From Bacillota bacterium (GTDB lineage: Bacteria > Bacillota_I > Bacilli_A > RFN20 > CAG-826), in the NCBI GenBank assembly GCA_023393065.1, contig JAEWMX010000013.1, positions 438 through 64,437 of the forward strand: a DNA stretch of 64,000 nt, written 5' to 3'. The position numbers and the translations under genes are program-made. Shown piece after piece: positions 7,884-17,693 of this stretch (positions are counted from its first letter, which is position 1; every line of letters begins with the position of its first letter). Below the pieces are notes generated by a model. It was not told where the DNA came from. It saw only the letters and a program-made list of their open reading frames with translations, and did not search any database.

Positions 7884-10186
7884 TAGTAAGCACCTCCTAG
7901 CGCGGCATTAATTGAATCAATATCGACATCGCCGCTCGTATTAATCGTCACGGTATTCGTCGTGCTCTTGTTCTCTACTTTATTGTTAGTGGTCGTATTA
8001 TTTTTGACCGCATTTTTATCTGAGAAAGAGCCACCAGTGAATAGGTCCGCGATCCAAGTGAAAACACCGCTCGCCTTATCTAGTAACCACTTAATCCCGT
8101 CAATGATGGCGGTTAGGATTTCTAAAATGGGTTCAAGGACCGCAAACAGCACTTCTAGCACAGGTATGATGACCGCCTTGATGACGCCGGCAAGCACGAC
8201 CAAAATCGGAGAAATGGCTTCGATGATAGTAAAAAGCACGCTTAGCATCGTCATGAGCGGAGCAAGTAATACATTTAATAGAGGCTCAAGGAGTAGCATC
8301 AAAATACTGATGACTTCAATCACGATTCCAATGATCTCGATGATCGGTTTAAGTAAGGCTACGATGATTTCTAAAATCGGATTTAGGATTTGAATAAAGA
8401 TATCCAGTAGCGAAACTACTAGCTGAATGACGACATTAAGAATATCGACAACGACCATTATGATTTTAATGAGTGGCCCTAGAATCGCATTGATTAATCC
8501 GAGCGCAGCTTCAACAATCTTAATAATTAAATCGATCAAGATTTTAATGATGACAACGATGGGACCTAAAAGCGCCATGAGGACATCGATGATAGGGATC
8601 AATAGCTGTAAGACCATGTTGATAATCTCGGTAATGACCGGAATAAGTGACTCAATCAAATTAATGATTACATCAAGAACGTCGACGATCATGTCCAAGA
8701 CACCATCAAGTAGCGAGACAATGACATCAATGAGCGTATTAATCACGCCCATGAGCGCTTCAATGATGGGCATCAATGCCTGGACCAAGGTCGAGACAAG
8801 TCCCATTAGTTTATCGATTAAACCGCCAAGAATATCAAATAGTCGTTTTAATAGTTCTCTAAACTTTTCATTTTGTAATAAGACAACCGCCAGGATAGCA
8901 ATCAGCGCTCCCCACCCTAAGGTTGAAAACTTGATCGCCGCTCCAGCAATCTTTACCGCCCCACTTACAGCCGTAAAAGCTGTCTTTAATGTTGAAATCA
9001 TCGGTAGCATTTTTGCAAATATTGATAAGGCTGGCCCTAAGGCAACCAATAGACCGGCAAAAATACCAATAGTCGTTTTAACACCACTACTAAGGTTTTT
9101 CCACCAATCAAGGACTTTTCTGACGTTAGTAATTAATTTATCGCGAAGGGCGACGACAATCTTTTCTAGTGTTGGTAAGAGTAGTGTCGAAAAGCTCATG
9201 GCTAGCGAGGTTGTTGTTTGCTTTAAAGAGTCGAGTGCGTCCGTAAAACTGCCTGCAATTTCAGCATCTTCGGTAGAAACAACGCCTAATTCGCGCGCTT
9301 CTTCTCGCCAGCGCTCAATTTCACTAGCGGAAGCAGCAAGCACTGGAGCGAGTTCAGAGCCGATTTTTTCACCAAAGAAAGCATTAGCAACAGCGGTTCT
9401 TGTCGCTTGATCTTCCACACCAGCTAGGGCACCGCGAATCACCTCAAAAGCCTGGTCTGCATTTAAGCCTTTTAGATCATTTACGGTTAGACCAATGAGG
9501 GCTAGTGACGCAGCAACTTTACTGGCGTCACCCGTAGCGATATCGCCAAGGATTGAGTTTACCTTAATAAATGCTTTATCCATTGCTTCAGTGGATGAAC
9601 CGAGGATCTTAGCGGTATATTGCCACTCTTGTAGCGACTCAACTGAGAGCCCAAGCTTTGAAGCAGTGTCGGCAATTTCATCGACTGATTGAGCGGTTTT
9701 AATCGCTAGTGCGGCTAAAGCTGTGCCGGCCGCAATCGCAGGGGCTGTAATGTACTTTGTAAGCGAGGAGCCAATTTTACCAATAGCTGCAACATTGATG
9801 CCAGATAACTTTTTGATGTTATCTTCAGTTTTTTCTAGCTGTGAATTCAAGTTCGCAACTTCGGATTCAGTGTATTGAATAGAGCGCTTTAGTTTATTAA
9901 ACTCCTGCTCACTCATCGCCCCAATTTCGACTGCTTTTTTAGCTTCTTCTAATTGCTTATTTTGTTCTTCTAACTTTTGTTTAGTTAGGGTTAGTATTTG
10001 ATTCAACTTCTCTTGTTTTTGTTTCCAAAGGTCAAGATTGCCTGAATCATATTTTAAGTTTTTATTAACGGCTGCTAGGTCTTTTTGCTGCTCTTTAAGT
10101 CCTGCATTTAAGGATTTGAGATTGGCTTCTAACTCGGTAGTATCAAGCCCTAGCTTAATGTTCATGCCTTTTACTGTTTCAGCCAT
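7883..10186 (-). CDS. Tail tape measure protein
   Basis: 767 aa. N-terminal coiled coil, an Ala/Gly-rich TM region and a long periodic hydrophobic repeat region. It sits after the chaperone pair. Confidence 0.9.
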   Translation of the reverse strand: MAETVKGMNIKLGLDTTELEANLKSLNAGLKEQQKDLAAVNKNLKYDSGNLDLWKQKQEKLNQILTLTKQKLEEQNKQLEEAKKAVEIGAMSEQEFNKLKRSIQYTESEVANLNSQLEKTEDNIKKLSGINVAAIGKIGSSLTKYITAPAIAAGTALAALAIKTAQSVDEIADTASKLGLSVESLQEWQYTAKILGSSTEAMDKAFIKVNSILGDIATGDASKVAASLALIGLTVNDLKGLNADQAFEVIRGALAGVEDQATRTAVANAFFGEKIGSELAPVLAASASEIERWREEARELGVVSTEDAEIAGSFTDALDSLKQTTTSLAMSFSTLLLPTLEKIVVALRDKLITNVRKVLDWWKNLSSGVKTTIGIFAGLLVALGPALSIFAKMLPMISTLKTAFTAVSGAVKIAGAAIKFSTLGWGALIAILAVVLLQNEKFRELLKRLFDILGGLIDKLMGLVSTLVQALMPIIEALMGVINTLIDVIVSLLDGVLDMIVDVLDVIINLIESLIPVITEIINMVLQLLIPIIDVLMALLGPIVVIIKILIDLIIKIVEAALGLINAILGPLIKIIMVVVDILNVVIQLVVSLLDIFIQILNPILEIIVALLKPIIEIIGIVIEVISILMLLLEPLLNVLLAPLMTMLSVLFTIIEAISPILVVLAGVIKAVIIPVLEVLFAVLEPILEILTAIIDGIKWLLDKASGVFTWIADLFTGGSFSDKNAVKNNTTTNNKVENKSTTNTVTINTSGDVDIDSINAALGGAY

Positions 10187-10198
10187 GTTCTCGCCCTC

Positions 10199-10465
10199 CT
10201 AACCTAAAAATTTATCGATATCCTGTTGAGTGGCAGTTCGACTAGGTGTTTCACCTGCATAGACATTCTTTTGGATCTCGACGATTTCTAAGTAAGTTTG
10301 AATGTCAAAAAACTCGCTATCACGGATTGGAATTCCTAATTGCGCCAAGTTGTAAATTATATTTGCCGTGAAACTATGTAAACTTGGCCCACTATCGCGG
10401 GGAGTCTTGTCCGCCGGCTTTGTTTTTGTTAACGGATCCAAGTAACTCAGCAATAACGGTAGCAA
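10199..10465 (-). CDS. Tail assembly chaperone, frameshift extension (gpT-like)
   Basis: It overlaps 10392..10745 by 74 nt in the +1 frame, between the major tail and tape measure genes. Confidence 0.5.
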   Translation of the reverse strand: MLPLLLSYLDPLTKTKPADKTPRDSGPSLHSFTANIIYNLAQLGIPIRDSEFFDIQTYLEIVEIQKNVYAGETPSRTATQQDIDKFLG

Positions 10466-10745
10466 GGGTGCTTAACTCATCGGTGGCATTTAAAACCGAA
10501 AAGTCGAACCCCTGCAAGAATTTATCGTAAGTAATGGTCGTGAATGGTTTGTGTAGAATAAAGACGATTCTAAACAAGATATCGATGAATTTTCCGACAT
10601 CCTCTTTATTCGCCTGGAGTGCTTTATCGAGCGCATCCACATCACTAAATAACTCAGTCCCGAATACTTGCCGATAGGAAATAATCGTAAAAAGGGAGGA
10701 AGCGAGCTTGTACTCTTTCCCCCCTAAGGTGATTGTTCTTTCCAT
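10392..10745 (-). CDS. Tail assembly chaperone (gpG-like)
   Basis: Conserved position directly after the major tail protein. 117 aa. Confidence 0.6.
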   Translation of the reverse strand: MERTITLGGKEYKLASSLFTIISYRQVFGTELFSDVDALDKALQANKEDVGKFIDILFRIVFILHKPFTTITYDKFLQGFDFSVLNATDELSTLATVIAELLGSVNKNKAGGQDSPR

Positions 10746-10748
10746 TGT

Positions 10749-11324
10749 TTATACCACCGTAATCACAGGGATTGTTGGCGCGGATGTTAAGAAATTCGTG
10801 TAGTTACTATCGCCAATCGCCGCGACACTGTTCGTGATCAAGTGTTCGCCAACTTCAAGTGGACGAGCGGTAATATTTAAGGTGATGGCATTAGCTTCGG
10901 CCGAGTCTGTTTTCGACTTTGTTGCCTCACTAATCGGCGTGACGTTACATAGATAAAACCATGCTCGACGTGCTTTGGCATCGCCTTGAAACTCAAGTCC
11001 GAGCGCAAAGGTGACCGTTTTTGCATTGGCCACTTCGACAATGTTGCCGTTAGCAAGCCGTTTATAACCGAGGATGTTAATCTTAAATTCCTCAGTGATT
11101 TCAGTTAGCTTTAAGGTAAGTGTTCTGCCTGCGTTTTGGACGAGGTTAGCAATCACGACATCATCAGCATAAACGGCTGTTGAACCGCCGACGATATCAC
11201 TTGTGAATTCTTGTGCTCCTGGTAGAGCAATGGGGGCCGCATAAGTAAAGGTTCCATCAGTTCCCTGTGTTGCGATCGAATAATGAACATTTCGTAGCCC
11301 ATACGTAATTTTGTTGTTAGCCAT
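10749..11324 (-). CDS. Major tail protein (phi13-like)
   Basis: N-terminus MANNKITYGLRNVHYS... and 191 aa, with typical position. Confidence 0.75.
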   Translation of the reverse strand: MANNKITYGLRNVHYSIATQGTDGTFTYAAPIALPGAQEFTSDIVGGSTAVYADDVVIANLVQNAGRTLTLKLTEITEEFKINILGYKRLANGNIVEVANAKTVTFALGLEFQGDAKARRAWFYLCNVTPISEATKSKTDSAEANAITLNITARPLEVGEHLITNSVAAIGDSNYTNFLTSAPTIPVITVV

Positions 11325-11326
11325 AA

Positions 11327-11662
11327 TTAAATTTCCTCCAGTCTAACTTCATAGACTTTATTTATTGAACCGTCCTCATTGCTATATTCGGATAGGTTTT
11401 CCGGCGTGTATCCGGCTTGAAGTAATGTGCGGACCAGTTTGTTTTCTTGGTTCACATCCTTCTTTTTAGTAATCAACGTGATCTGAATGATACTCGTATA
11501 AAAAACCGGCTTATCTTCAGCAAATACCGATGCTCGTTTACTCGTTTCTTGAAACACAATAAAGGGCGGTTCGGCATTATCTTCGTTGTCATAGGCATTG
11601 GTAGCATAAAACACTTTATCGACAACGCTTAATAAAGTGGTTCGTAGCTTTTCTAAATACAT
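11327..11662 (-). CDS. Tail completion / head-tail joining protein
   Basis: Called from position and size (111 aa) within the connector gene set. Confidence 0.45.
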   Translation of the reverse strand: MYLEKLRTTLLSVVDKVFYATNAYDNEDNAEPPFIVFQETSKRASVFAEDKPVFYTSIIQITLITKKKDVNQENKLVRTLLQAGYTPENLSEYSNEDGSINKVYEVRLEEI

Positions 11663-11665
11663 GGA

Positions 11666-12043
11666 TTAGCCAGCCTGTCTAATGATCTGCCTGATCTCTT
11701 CAAGCATAAGTGGGGTTAGTAATTCGTATGATGGTCGTAAATAGGGCCTAGCCGCGACAAGCTTGCCACTTCGATGCTTGAAGCCAAACTCGACTAAATG
11801 GACGAGGCCGCTCTGTGTTTTTGAGTAGATGACAATGATACGATTTGCCCCTTCGCCATATGACTCCTTAACAAAGGAATCAGCGAGGGCGTTAGGAGCA
11901 CCACTTCGAGGAGCATTAGTGCGAATGTAATCAATAATGTTATCGGCTGTTTTATCAAGACTAGCTTCGATTTGCGTGGTGACATCTTTTGAATATGCTA
12001 CTACGCTTCTTTCGATTTCTTCTGTAAGTTTACTAGGATCCAT
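11666..12043 (-). CDS. HK97 gp10-like tail component
   Basis: GLVHLVEFGFKHRSGKLVAARPYLRP motif region. 125 aa. Confidence 0.6.
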   Translation of the reverse strand: MDPSKLTEEIERSVVAYSKDVTTQIEASLDKTADNIIDYIRTNAPRSGAPNALADSFVKESYGEGANRIIVIYSKTQSGLVHLVEFGFKHRSGKLVAARPYLRPSYELLTPLMLEEIRQIIRQAG

Positions 12044-12383
12044 GGTCGAGAATCTCCTCCCACTTTAAAGGCGTCTCCGAAAGGTAAAGTTCGATGTACT
12101 GCCCGTTAAGATATGTGCGTTTGATTTCATAAATTTTCTCGTAACGAGGAAAGTAAGCGTATTTGCTTCCGTCATAAATAAATGATTGAATGCTCACCTT
12201 AAAATCAAATAAGACTTTTGTTTGTAAAGATGAATAATATTCCTTGGAAGAGATGGAGCTGATAACTCCACCCACCTCCTTGGAGCCGACCAACCGCCAA
12301 GTCTTGTTACCAAGATTATCGACAGCTGTTTTAACACGAAATAGGATGAAGGAAGTATTGTAGGAATTAGGATACGCAATCAT
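12033..12383 (-). CDS. Head closure / head-tail adaptor protein
   Basis: Called from position and size (116 aa). Confidence 0.55.
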   Translation of the reverse strand: MIAYPNSYNTSFILFRVKTAVDNLGNKTWRLVGSKEVGGVISSISSKEYYSSLQTKVLFDFKVSIQSFIYDGSKYAYFPRYEKIYEIKRTYLNGQYIELYLSETPLKWEEILDHGS

Positions 12384-12401
12384 AGGGAAACCCGAGGATT
12401 A

Positions 12402-12716
12402 TCACCCATGAGGAGCACCATTAACCTCAGAGGCTAGAGGCACGAGGCATAACTGTCTGAGTAAGACATCAAAGCTCTTAGGCAACTCTCTCACCGTACC
12501 GTCGCTTTTGAAGCCAAAGTTAGTCTTCACAAATATGATAATAAGAGCTTTTACCAATGAGTTATCGCTCGATTCAGCGATTTCACGAGGAACTCCAGCC
12601 GTTATCAGCAGCCGGCGGCACGAAGCAATATGAACTAACAACTCATCATCGGCATAGTTTTCGGTTACAGGGATTAGCAAAGATTTTTTAGCTATCTCCA
12701 GCATGTTTTCACTCAT
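12402..12716 (-). CDS. Head-tail connector (gp6-like) protein
   Basis: ATG at 12716 behind GGGAGG. It begins MSENMLEIAKKSLLIPVTENYADDELL. Confidence 0.55.
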   Translation of the reverse strand: MSENMLEIAKKSLLIPVTENYADDELLVHIASCRRLLITAGVPREIAESSDNSLVKALIIIFVKTNFGFKSDGTVRELPKSFDVLLRQLCLVPLASEVNGAPHG

Positions 12717-12834
12717 CACAAATACCTCCCTATCTTTTAGATATTTTCCTATTCGCTTAAACGATAGGCCGTCTAGTCCGAAGACATCAGACCTACGTGT
12801 TTCGACCAATAATTAGATGTTGCTTATTAGGCAA

Positions 12835-13977
12835 CTAGCCAGCAGGTTCTGTGGCTTTTTTCTTGATTCGTAAGAATCCTTTATATCCGACTACGTTACC
12901 GCCAGTAAACACGGAGGCTTTGTAGCTGATGATCCCATCTTTGAACTTGTAATCAGTTGATTTAGCAATTTCAACAGGTGAGAACACGGGTACTTCATAG
13001 TTCGTAAGCGCACCATAGGCGATACAGTAAGTACCAGCAGCAGTGCTTGGATCGGCGATGGAACCGCAGTTGCTATTGATGATATATGGAATGCCATCAA
13101 TCGTGGATGCGCTGTAATCGACGATATGTACTTTGCGTCCTTCAGAGGTCCGAAGATTTGCGAAAGCGCGCAAGTCATTTTTACTTAAAATTAAGGCCGC
13201 TCCACCTTCGACTTCTTCATCCCCACCATAAGCGTAGATAATTTCATCAAGTGTGGTTTCGTCAATGGTCTCAATCTCGACATCAGTATTGTCAGCGAGT
13301 GCTTCTACACCGGTCGCAAAGATGCCTTTAAACGTGTTAGTGGTTCCGGCACCGCGTAAGATTTGTTGCGAGATTTTCTTGCGAAGTGCAATGTTAATTC
13401 CTTTTAACACTTCTTGCGAATAAGGAAGCGCTGGTAGTTTTTCCAGCTCTTCAGTGATTTCAGCGTAAGCCGTCACTTTTACTTTAGTAATGGTTGCATA
13501 ACCGAACGTCGGCTCAGCCGTTGTGTAAGGATCACCTTCAGCGGTAAGACCAGCGATTCCATTCGTTTTGATGAAAGACTTCTTATACGTCTCTCCACCT
13601 TCCAAATTTACAATTTTCACTCGATCGACAAGTGTAGAAACTTCACGGAACGGATATTCACCGATCGCGGTGTTTGTGTGTGAGGGCAGTAAGACATTAC
13701 TAGAAGTAACCGTAACTGTGCGACCTTCTTTTAAGTCCTTACCGCGTTTTTCCATGTTTTCGACCATTTGATTGTCATCACGTGTTTGGATCATCGGCGA
13801 CTTATCAAACTTACGCTTCATGACGAGTTTCTTTTCAATGAGATCCCGTTCCTCATTCAGCGTATCTGTTTCCGTTTCGAGTTTTTCGAGTTCGGAAATG
13901 TTATCTTCTTTTTCTGCTAGGCCGCGAATTTCATTCAAGCGGTCAGCAATTTCTTTTTTGCGAATTTCTAAATTCAT
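12835..13977 (-). CDS. Major capsid protein, HK97 family
   Basis: N-terminal delta-domain coiled coil (MNLEIRKKEIADRLNEIRGLAEKE...) and 380 aa. It follows the prohead protease. Confidence 0.85.
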   Translation of the reverse strand: MNLEIRKKEIADRLNEIRGLAEKEDNISELEKLETETDTLNEERDLIEKKLVMKRKFDKSPMIQTRDDNQMVENMEKRGKDLKEGRTVTVTSSNVLLPSHTNTAIGEYPFREVSTLVDRVKIVNLEGGETYKKSFIKTNGIAGLTAEGDPYTTAEPTFGYATITKVKVTAYAEITEELEKLPALPYSQEVLKGINIALRKKISQQILRGAGTTNTFKGIFATGVEALADNTDVEIETIDETTLDEIIYAYGGDEEVEGGAALILSKNDLRAFANLRTSEGRKVHIVDYSASTIDGIPYIINSNCGSIADPSTAAGTYCIAYGALTNYEVPVFSPVEIAKSTDYKFKDGIISYKASVFTGGNVVGYKGFLRIKKKATEPAG

Positions 13978-13990
13978 GTGTGAATTCCTC

Positions 13991-14599
13991 CTAAATATTC
14001 GTTTTTAATTTGAGTCTTTTGCGTATTACTTGTCTCATCTGCTCGTTTTTCACATTCTCCAATGCCCCTAGTTCCGCATCCGCGATTTCTAAGGAACGAG
14101 TCAGTGCATCAATAGAGGTGCCCTCATAGGCTGGTAAATCCACGACCGAAACATCATACAAACGATCAATCTGCGTGATAGTCCGTTTCGGCACTTCTCC
14201 ACTTCTATCCCAGCTTTGACTTTTGACAGTAAAAGCAAATGACATCTTGTCTAGTAACCCAGCGACAATCGATTTATAAACATCCCGATTTGACTGAGTA
14301 TCAATTAATTCGGCTCTAATCTTGAGGCCACGTTCATCAATTTGAAAGGTGAGCGAACCATTACGAGTCCGCGCTAGTATAAGGCGGTTGTCGGTATGGT
14401 TATATTTGAGCGGCACATCTTGTAAATCAGCGCCTTCAAGAGATCGTTGATCGATAACTTCTGTAAAACCATGTTCTCTATCACCGATGAGCGTTTCTTG
14501 GTTAAAAACGATTGCATAACCTTCAATAATCATTTTTTCAGCTTCATCAGGGCTTTTACCTTCAATGGTAGAAAACCGAACTTCTTTATTTTTTAACAT
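13991..14599 (-). CDS. Prohead serine protease (HK97 type)
   Basis: ATG at 14599 behind GGAGG. It contains EGYAIVFNQ...KYNHTDNRLILART...DKMSFAFTV. Confidence 0.8.
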   Translation of the reverse strand: MLKNKEVRFSTIEGKSPDEAEKMIIEGYAIVFNQETLIGDREHGFTEVIDQRSLEGADLQDVPLKYNHTDNRLILARTRNGSLTFQIDERGLKIRAELIDTQSNRDVYKSIVAGLLDKMSFAFTVKSQSWDRSGEVPKRTITQIDRLYDVSVVDLPAYEGTSIDALTRSLEIADAELGALENVKNEQMRQVIRKRLKLKTNI

Positions 14600-15812
14600 C
14601 TTCTTCCTCCTTCGGCTCTTCACCGACTTGGTATTTGTTCGCGCTATTTGCGTCGACATAGTTAAGTGATTGGAGACGCTTATCTCCGCCTTCGATTGGC
14701 TCAAGACCTAGTAAACTTCTCGATTCATTTAAAGAGAGGATTCCTAGTCCCATTAGTTTTTCAATCGCACTGACTTTGGTGTTCCATGACGCGTATTGTA
14801 AACGCTCGGAGTAAAAGACAATTTGCTCTCCGTTTTCTAGATTGTTTCTCGTTAAGAGTGCTTTAGAAAAGGTCTCTGAAAAAGCAATAGCGATGCCTTC
14901 AATCGTCCCTTCATAAAATGCGTTATATTCATCCTCGGTGTATTTGTTGTCATAGATTGATTCACTGACACCGAAATAGGTGATGATCTTCTTTTGTAGG
15001 AAAGTGAGCGTCTCACTACTGACGAGTTTGGGATCGACACTTAGCGGTATGTAATCACTTTTAAGGTCGACGGGGACTATTGAAGAATTGCCATTTATCG
15101 TCGCCTCTTTAAGCGCACGATCGAATTCATCCTTCTGTGCTTTTTTATCTTTTTCCGAGAGCAGCCCATTGATTTTTAGTAAGCCTTTAATTTGAAAGCT
15201 ACTTCTGATGGCGTTATCAATTCCCTGGAGCACAGAGTCGTTAATCTTGATGGTCTTTAAGATTGCAGAATGGTCTGAGATTGCTCCACTGCCACCGAAG
15301 ATATCGTTGAGGCCATAGAACCTCCGCATGTGAATGATGGATTCATAGGGCAGAGTATAGGCTCTTCCATCTAGAAAAGAAAAACGGAGGTATAAATCTC
15401 CGCTTGAATCTTTAATCGCCTCGACTGAGTTAGGTTTGATTGGCCATAACTCTTTTAGTTCATAGGTGTTTTCGTCATAAACTGGATAAATGAATGCGTT
15501 ATTGTTTAGATATAAAAGTGTCACCACTCGATAGATAAAATCGTAAGGCGTCATCAATGGATTAGGCTGATATTTTAGTAAATATGCGAGTGTTCCCTTT
15601 TTCTCCACGACTGACGAGTTATCAAGGTTTTTTACATATCGCGGTTTAAGTTTTGCAGCATGAGTTGCGATGCGATCGATACAAATCTTGACGACATCAC
15701 TGGCGTTGATATTGTTGCCAAAATCGTTAAATATATTTAAGGTTGATTGAAAAACTTTTGTGTCGTAATTCATCGGCTCAACGGTTTTCTTTTTTCTTGT
15801 AAATAATCCCAT
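14586..15812 (-). CDS. Portal protein (HK97 family)
   Basis: 408 aa, between terminase and protease. Confidence 0.85.
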   Translation of the reverse strand: MGLFTRKKKTVEPMNYDTKVFQSTLNIFNDFGNNINASDVVKICIDRIATHAAKLKPRYVKNLDNSSVVEKKGTLAYLLKYQPNPLMTPYDFIYRVVTLLYLNNNAFIYPVYDENTYELKELWPIKPNSVEAIKDSSGDLYLRFSFLDGRAYTLPYESIIHMRRFYGLNDIFGGSGAISDHSAILKTIKINDSVLQGIDNAIRSSFQIKGLLKINGLLSEKDKKAQKDEFDRALKEATINGNSSIVPVDLKSDYIPLSVDPKLVSSETLTFLQKKIITYFGVSESIYDNKYTEDEYNAFYEGTIEGIAIAFSETFSKALLTRNNLENGEQIVFYSERLQYASWNTKVSAIEKLMGLGILSLNESRSLLGLEPIEGGDKRLQSLNYVDANSANKYQVGEEPKEEEDVKK

Positions 15813-15820
15813 AAAGCCTC

Positions 15821-17461
15821 CTAACTTATCATGTTTTCATAATCGGTTTTGTATCGGTTTAAGACAGCATAAGCAATGATTAAAGCAACCGTTCCATCAA
15901 TCCTTCTTAACTTTGAATTCAGCTTCGAAGGCTGGATGTTTCCGTTGATGTCGACCTTCGCTTGGGTGTTACTTAGGCACCACTTCAAAATCGGATTGTT
16001 GTTATAGATCACAAGTTTATTTTTCAGATCAGCTTCAAGTTGTTTCATCGGTTCTGAAAGGGAGTAAACGCCCTGTCTCACTTTTTCCATCGTGAAACCA
16101 GCGTCTTCCATCTCTTTAATCCAGTACTGTGAGTTCCACGGATCAAAGCCAATCCAAAGTGGTCTAATTTGATAAGTTTGAATCATCTTAACAAACCACT
16201 TGGTCACTAGTGTAAAATCATTTTGATTACCATCTGTAAGTGTGATGAATCCACGTTTATGCCAAATATCATAAGGAACACTATCTTCCGCTATGCGCTG
16301 CGCTAATACATCTGAGGGCATGAAAAATTGTGGAATCACATACTTCTTCCCATCTTTGATGACTAAGAGAATTGCCACGGTTAAATCGGTGGTCGAAGAT
16401 AAATCAACGCCGCCTATGGCATAGCTATCTTTCAGGAAATCAAGCTCAAATTTAGTCTCGTTATTTAGATCAGCAAAGTTTAGCCATGATCCACTATCGA
16501 GTTGCTTCAAATTAAAATCTTTACAGAGCATCGTTACACGCGTCGAGAGGTCGTTTTTAGCTTTGTTCATAATGTCATCTAAGTAGGAGACAAGTTTTAT
16601 TTTCCCAATGGAAGGATTGCTCTTTTGCCATGAAGTAGAATCTTCGAAGACCTCATCAATGCTGTCCTGCGTATAAAGCCAAGGGAGAATCCGGATATCA
16701 TTGATTTCGCCCTTAATCATCTTGCGGCAGTAATCGAGTTTGCTATCAAGAAATCCATCTACTGTAGTGCCTTCAGTCGTGATAATGAAAATAAGCGGCT
16801 CTTTCTTAGTTGATTGACTTTGTTTAATCGCGTCATACACTTTTGAATCTGTCATTTCGTGCACTTCGTCAATACATCCGACCTCGATGTTGTAACCATC
16901 TTTATTACGCGACTGCGCCGATAGTTTTTTAATCTTGTTTTTATTCTTAGGCGAGTAGATATAGAAGATATTTTTCTTTGATCGCTTCTCATTTCTAAGC
17001 GGCCGGCTTTGCTCACGCATGTTATTTATCTCTTCAAAAAGGATGGATGCTTGGTCGTTCGTGTTTGAGGCACAGACGATATCAACCCCTCCCGAGCTTA
17101 AGAAAAACTCCGCCAGGTCAATGCCTGCAATGAACGTTGTCTTGCCGTTTTTGCGCGCTACAACGAGCAGAACTTCATTAAACCTACGCAAACCGGTGTC
17201 CGCCATTTTGAAGCCGTAGGAGGCCTCTAAAAACGCTTTTTCCCATAATTCTAGGATGAATGGTTGACCGTTAAAGGGGGATTTAGTGTGTTTACAAAAC
17301 TTTTCAATAAAGTCAATTCGTAGTAGCCCTGGCTTTGTGTCATAGACATAGGCGGGATTGGCCATATCTTCCTTCAAAGCATCGATGACACTTTTTAGTT
17401 CTTTGCCAACCCGGATCCTTCCACTTTCAATTTCATCAAGGTACTCAAGTAAATAACTCAT
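15821..17461 (-). CDS. Terminase large subunit
   Basis: 546 aa. Walker A-like VVARKNGKTT and a nuclease-domain C-terminus. Confidence 0.9.
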   Translation of the reverse strand: MSYLLEYLDEIESGRIRVGKELKSVIDALKEDMANPAYVYDTKPGLLRIDFIEKFCKHTKSPFNGQPFILELWEKAFLEASYGFKMADTGLRRFNEVLLVVARKNGKTTFIAGIDLAEFFLSSGGVDIVCASNTNDQASILFEEINNMREQSRPLRNEKRSKKNIFYIYSPKNKNKIKKLSAQSRNKDGYNIEVGCIDEVHEMTDSKVYDAIKQSQSTKKEPLIFIITTEGTTVDGFLDSKLDYCRKMIKGEINDIRILPWLYTQDSIDEVFEDSTSWQKSNPSIGKIKLVSYLDDIMNKAKNDLSTRVTMLCKDFNLKQLDSGSWLNFADLNNETKFELDFLKDSYAIGGVDLSSTTDLTVAILLVIKDGKKYVIPQFFMPSDVLAQRIAEDSVPYDIWHKRGFITLTDGNQNDFTLVTKWFVKMIQTYQIRPLWIGFDPWNSQYWIKEMEDAGFTMEKVRQGVYSLSEPMKQLEADLKNKLVIYNNNPILKWCLSNTQAKVDINGNIQPSKLNSKLRRIDGTVALIIAYAVLNRYKTDYENMIS

Positions 17462-17682
17462 TCTTCAATGGGCGCGCTTTCTTCTTGGGGATATAACCTG
17501 GGCGCATTGGCCTTAGGAAGGGCATCGTCAGTGGGTTCATCAATATCGTGGTAATGAATCTCGCTATCTTTTTTCCCTAGAATGAGCCAGGGGCCAATAA
17601 TAAGACCATCCGTCACACTTTGAAGGACCTTACCTACTTCTGCATATAGAATGCGTCGTCCGTTTTCTTCTTTTATTTCCAT
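17458..17682 (-). CDS. Hypothetical small protein
   Basis: ORF with a 4-nt overlap onto terL. Confidence 0.35.
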   Translation of the reverse strand: MEIKEENGRRILYAEVGKVLQSVTDGLIIGPWLILGKKDSEIHYHDIDEPTDDALPKANAPRLYPQEESAPIEE

Positions 17683-17693
17683 AAGGGTTCCTC

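Noticed and set aside
7962-9410. Long plus-strand ORFs (143 aa and 327 aa) inside the tape measure gene.
   Set aside because: They are antisense to a strongly supported TMP. Their translations are S/T/M/I low-complexity mirror images of the hydrophobic repeats, and they have no RBS or gene context.
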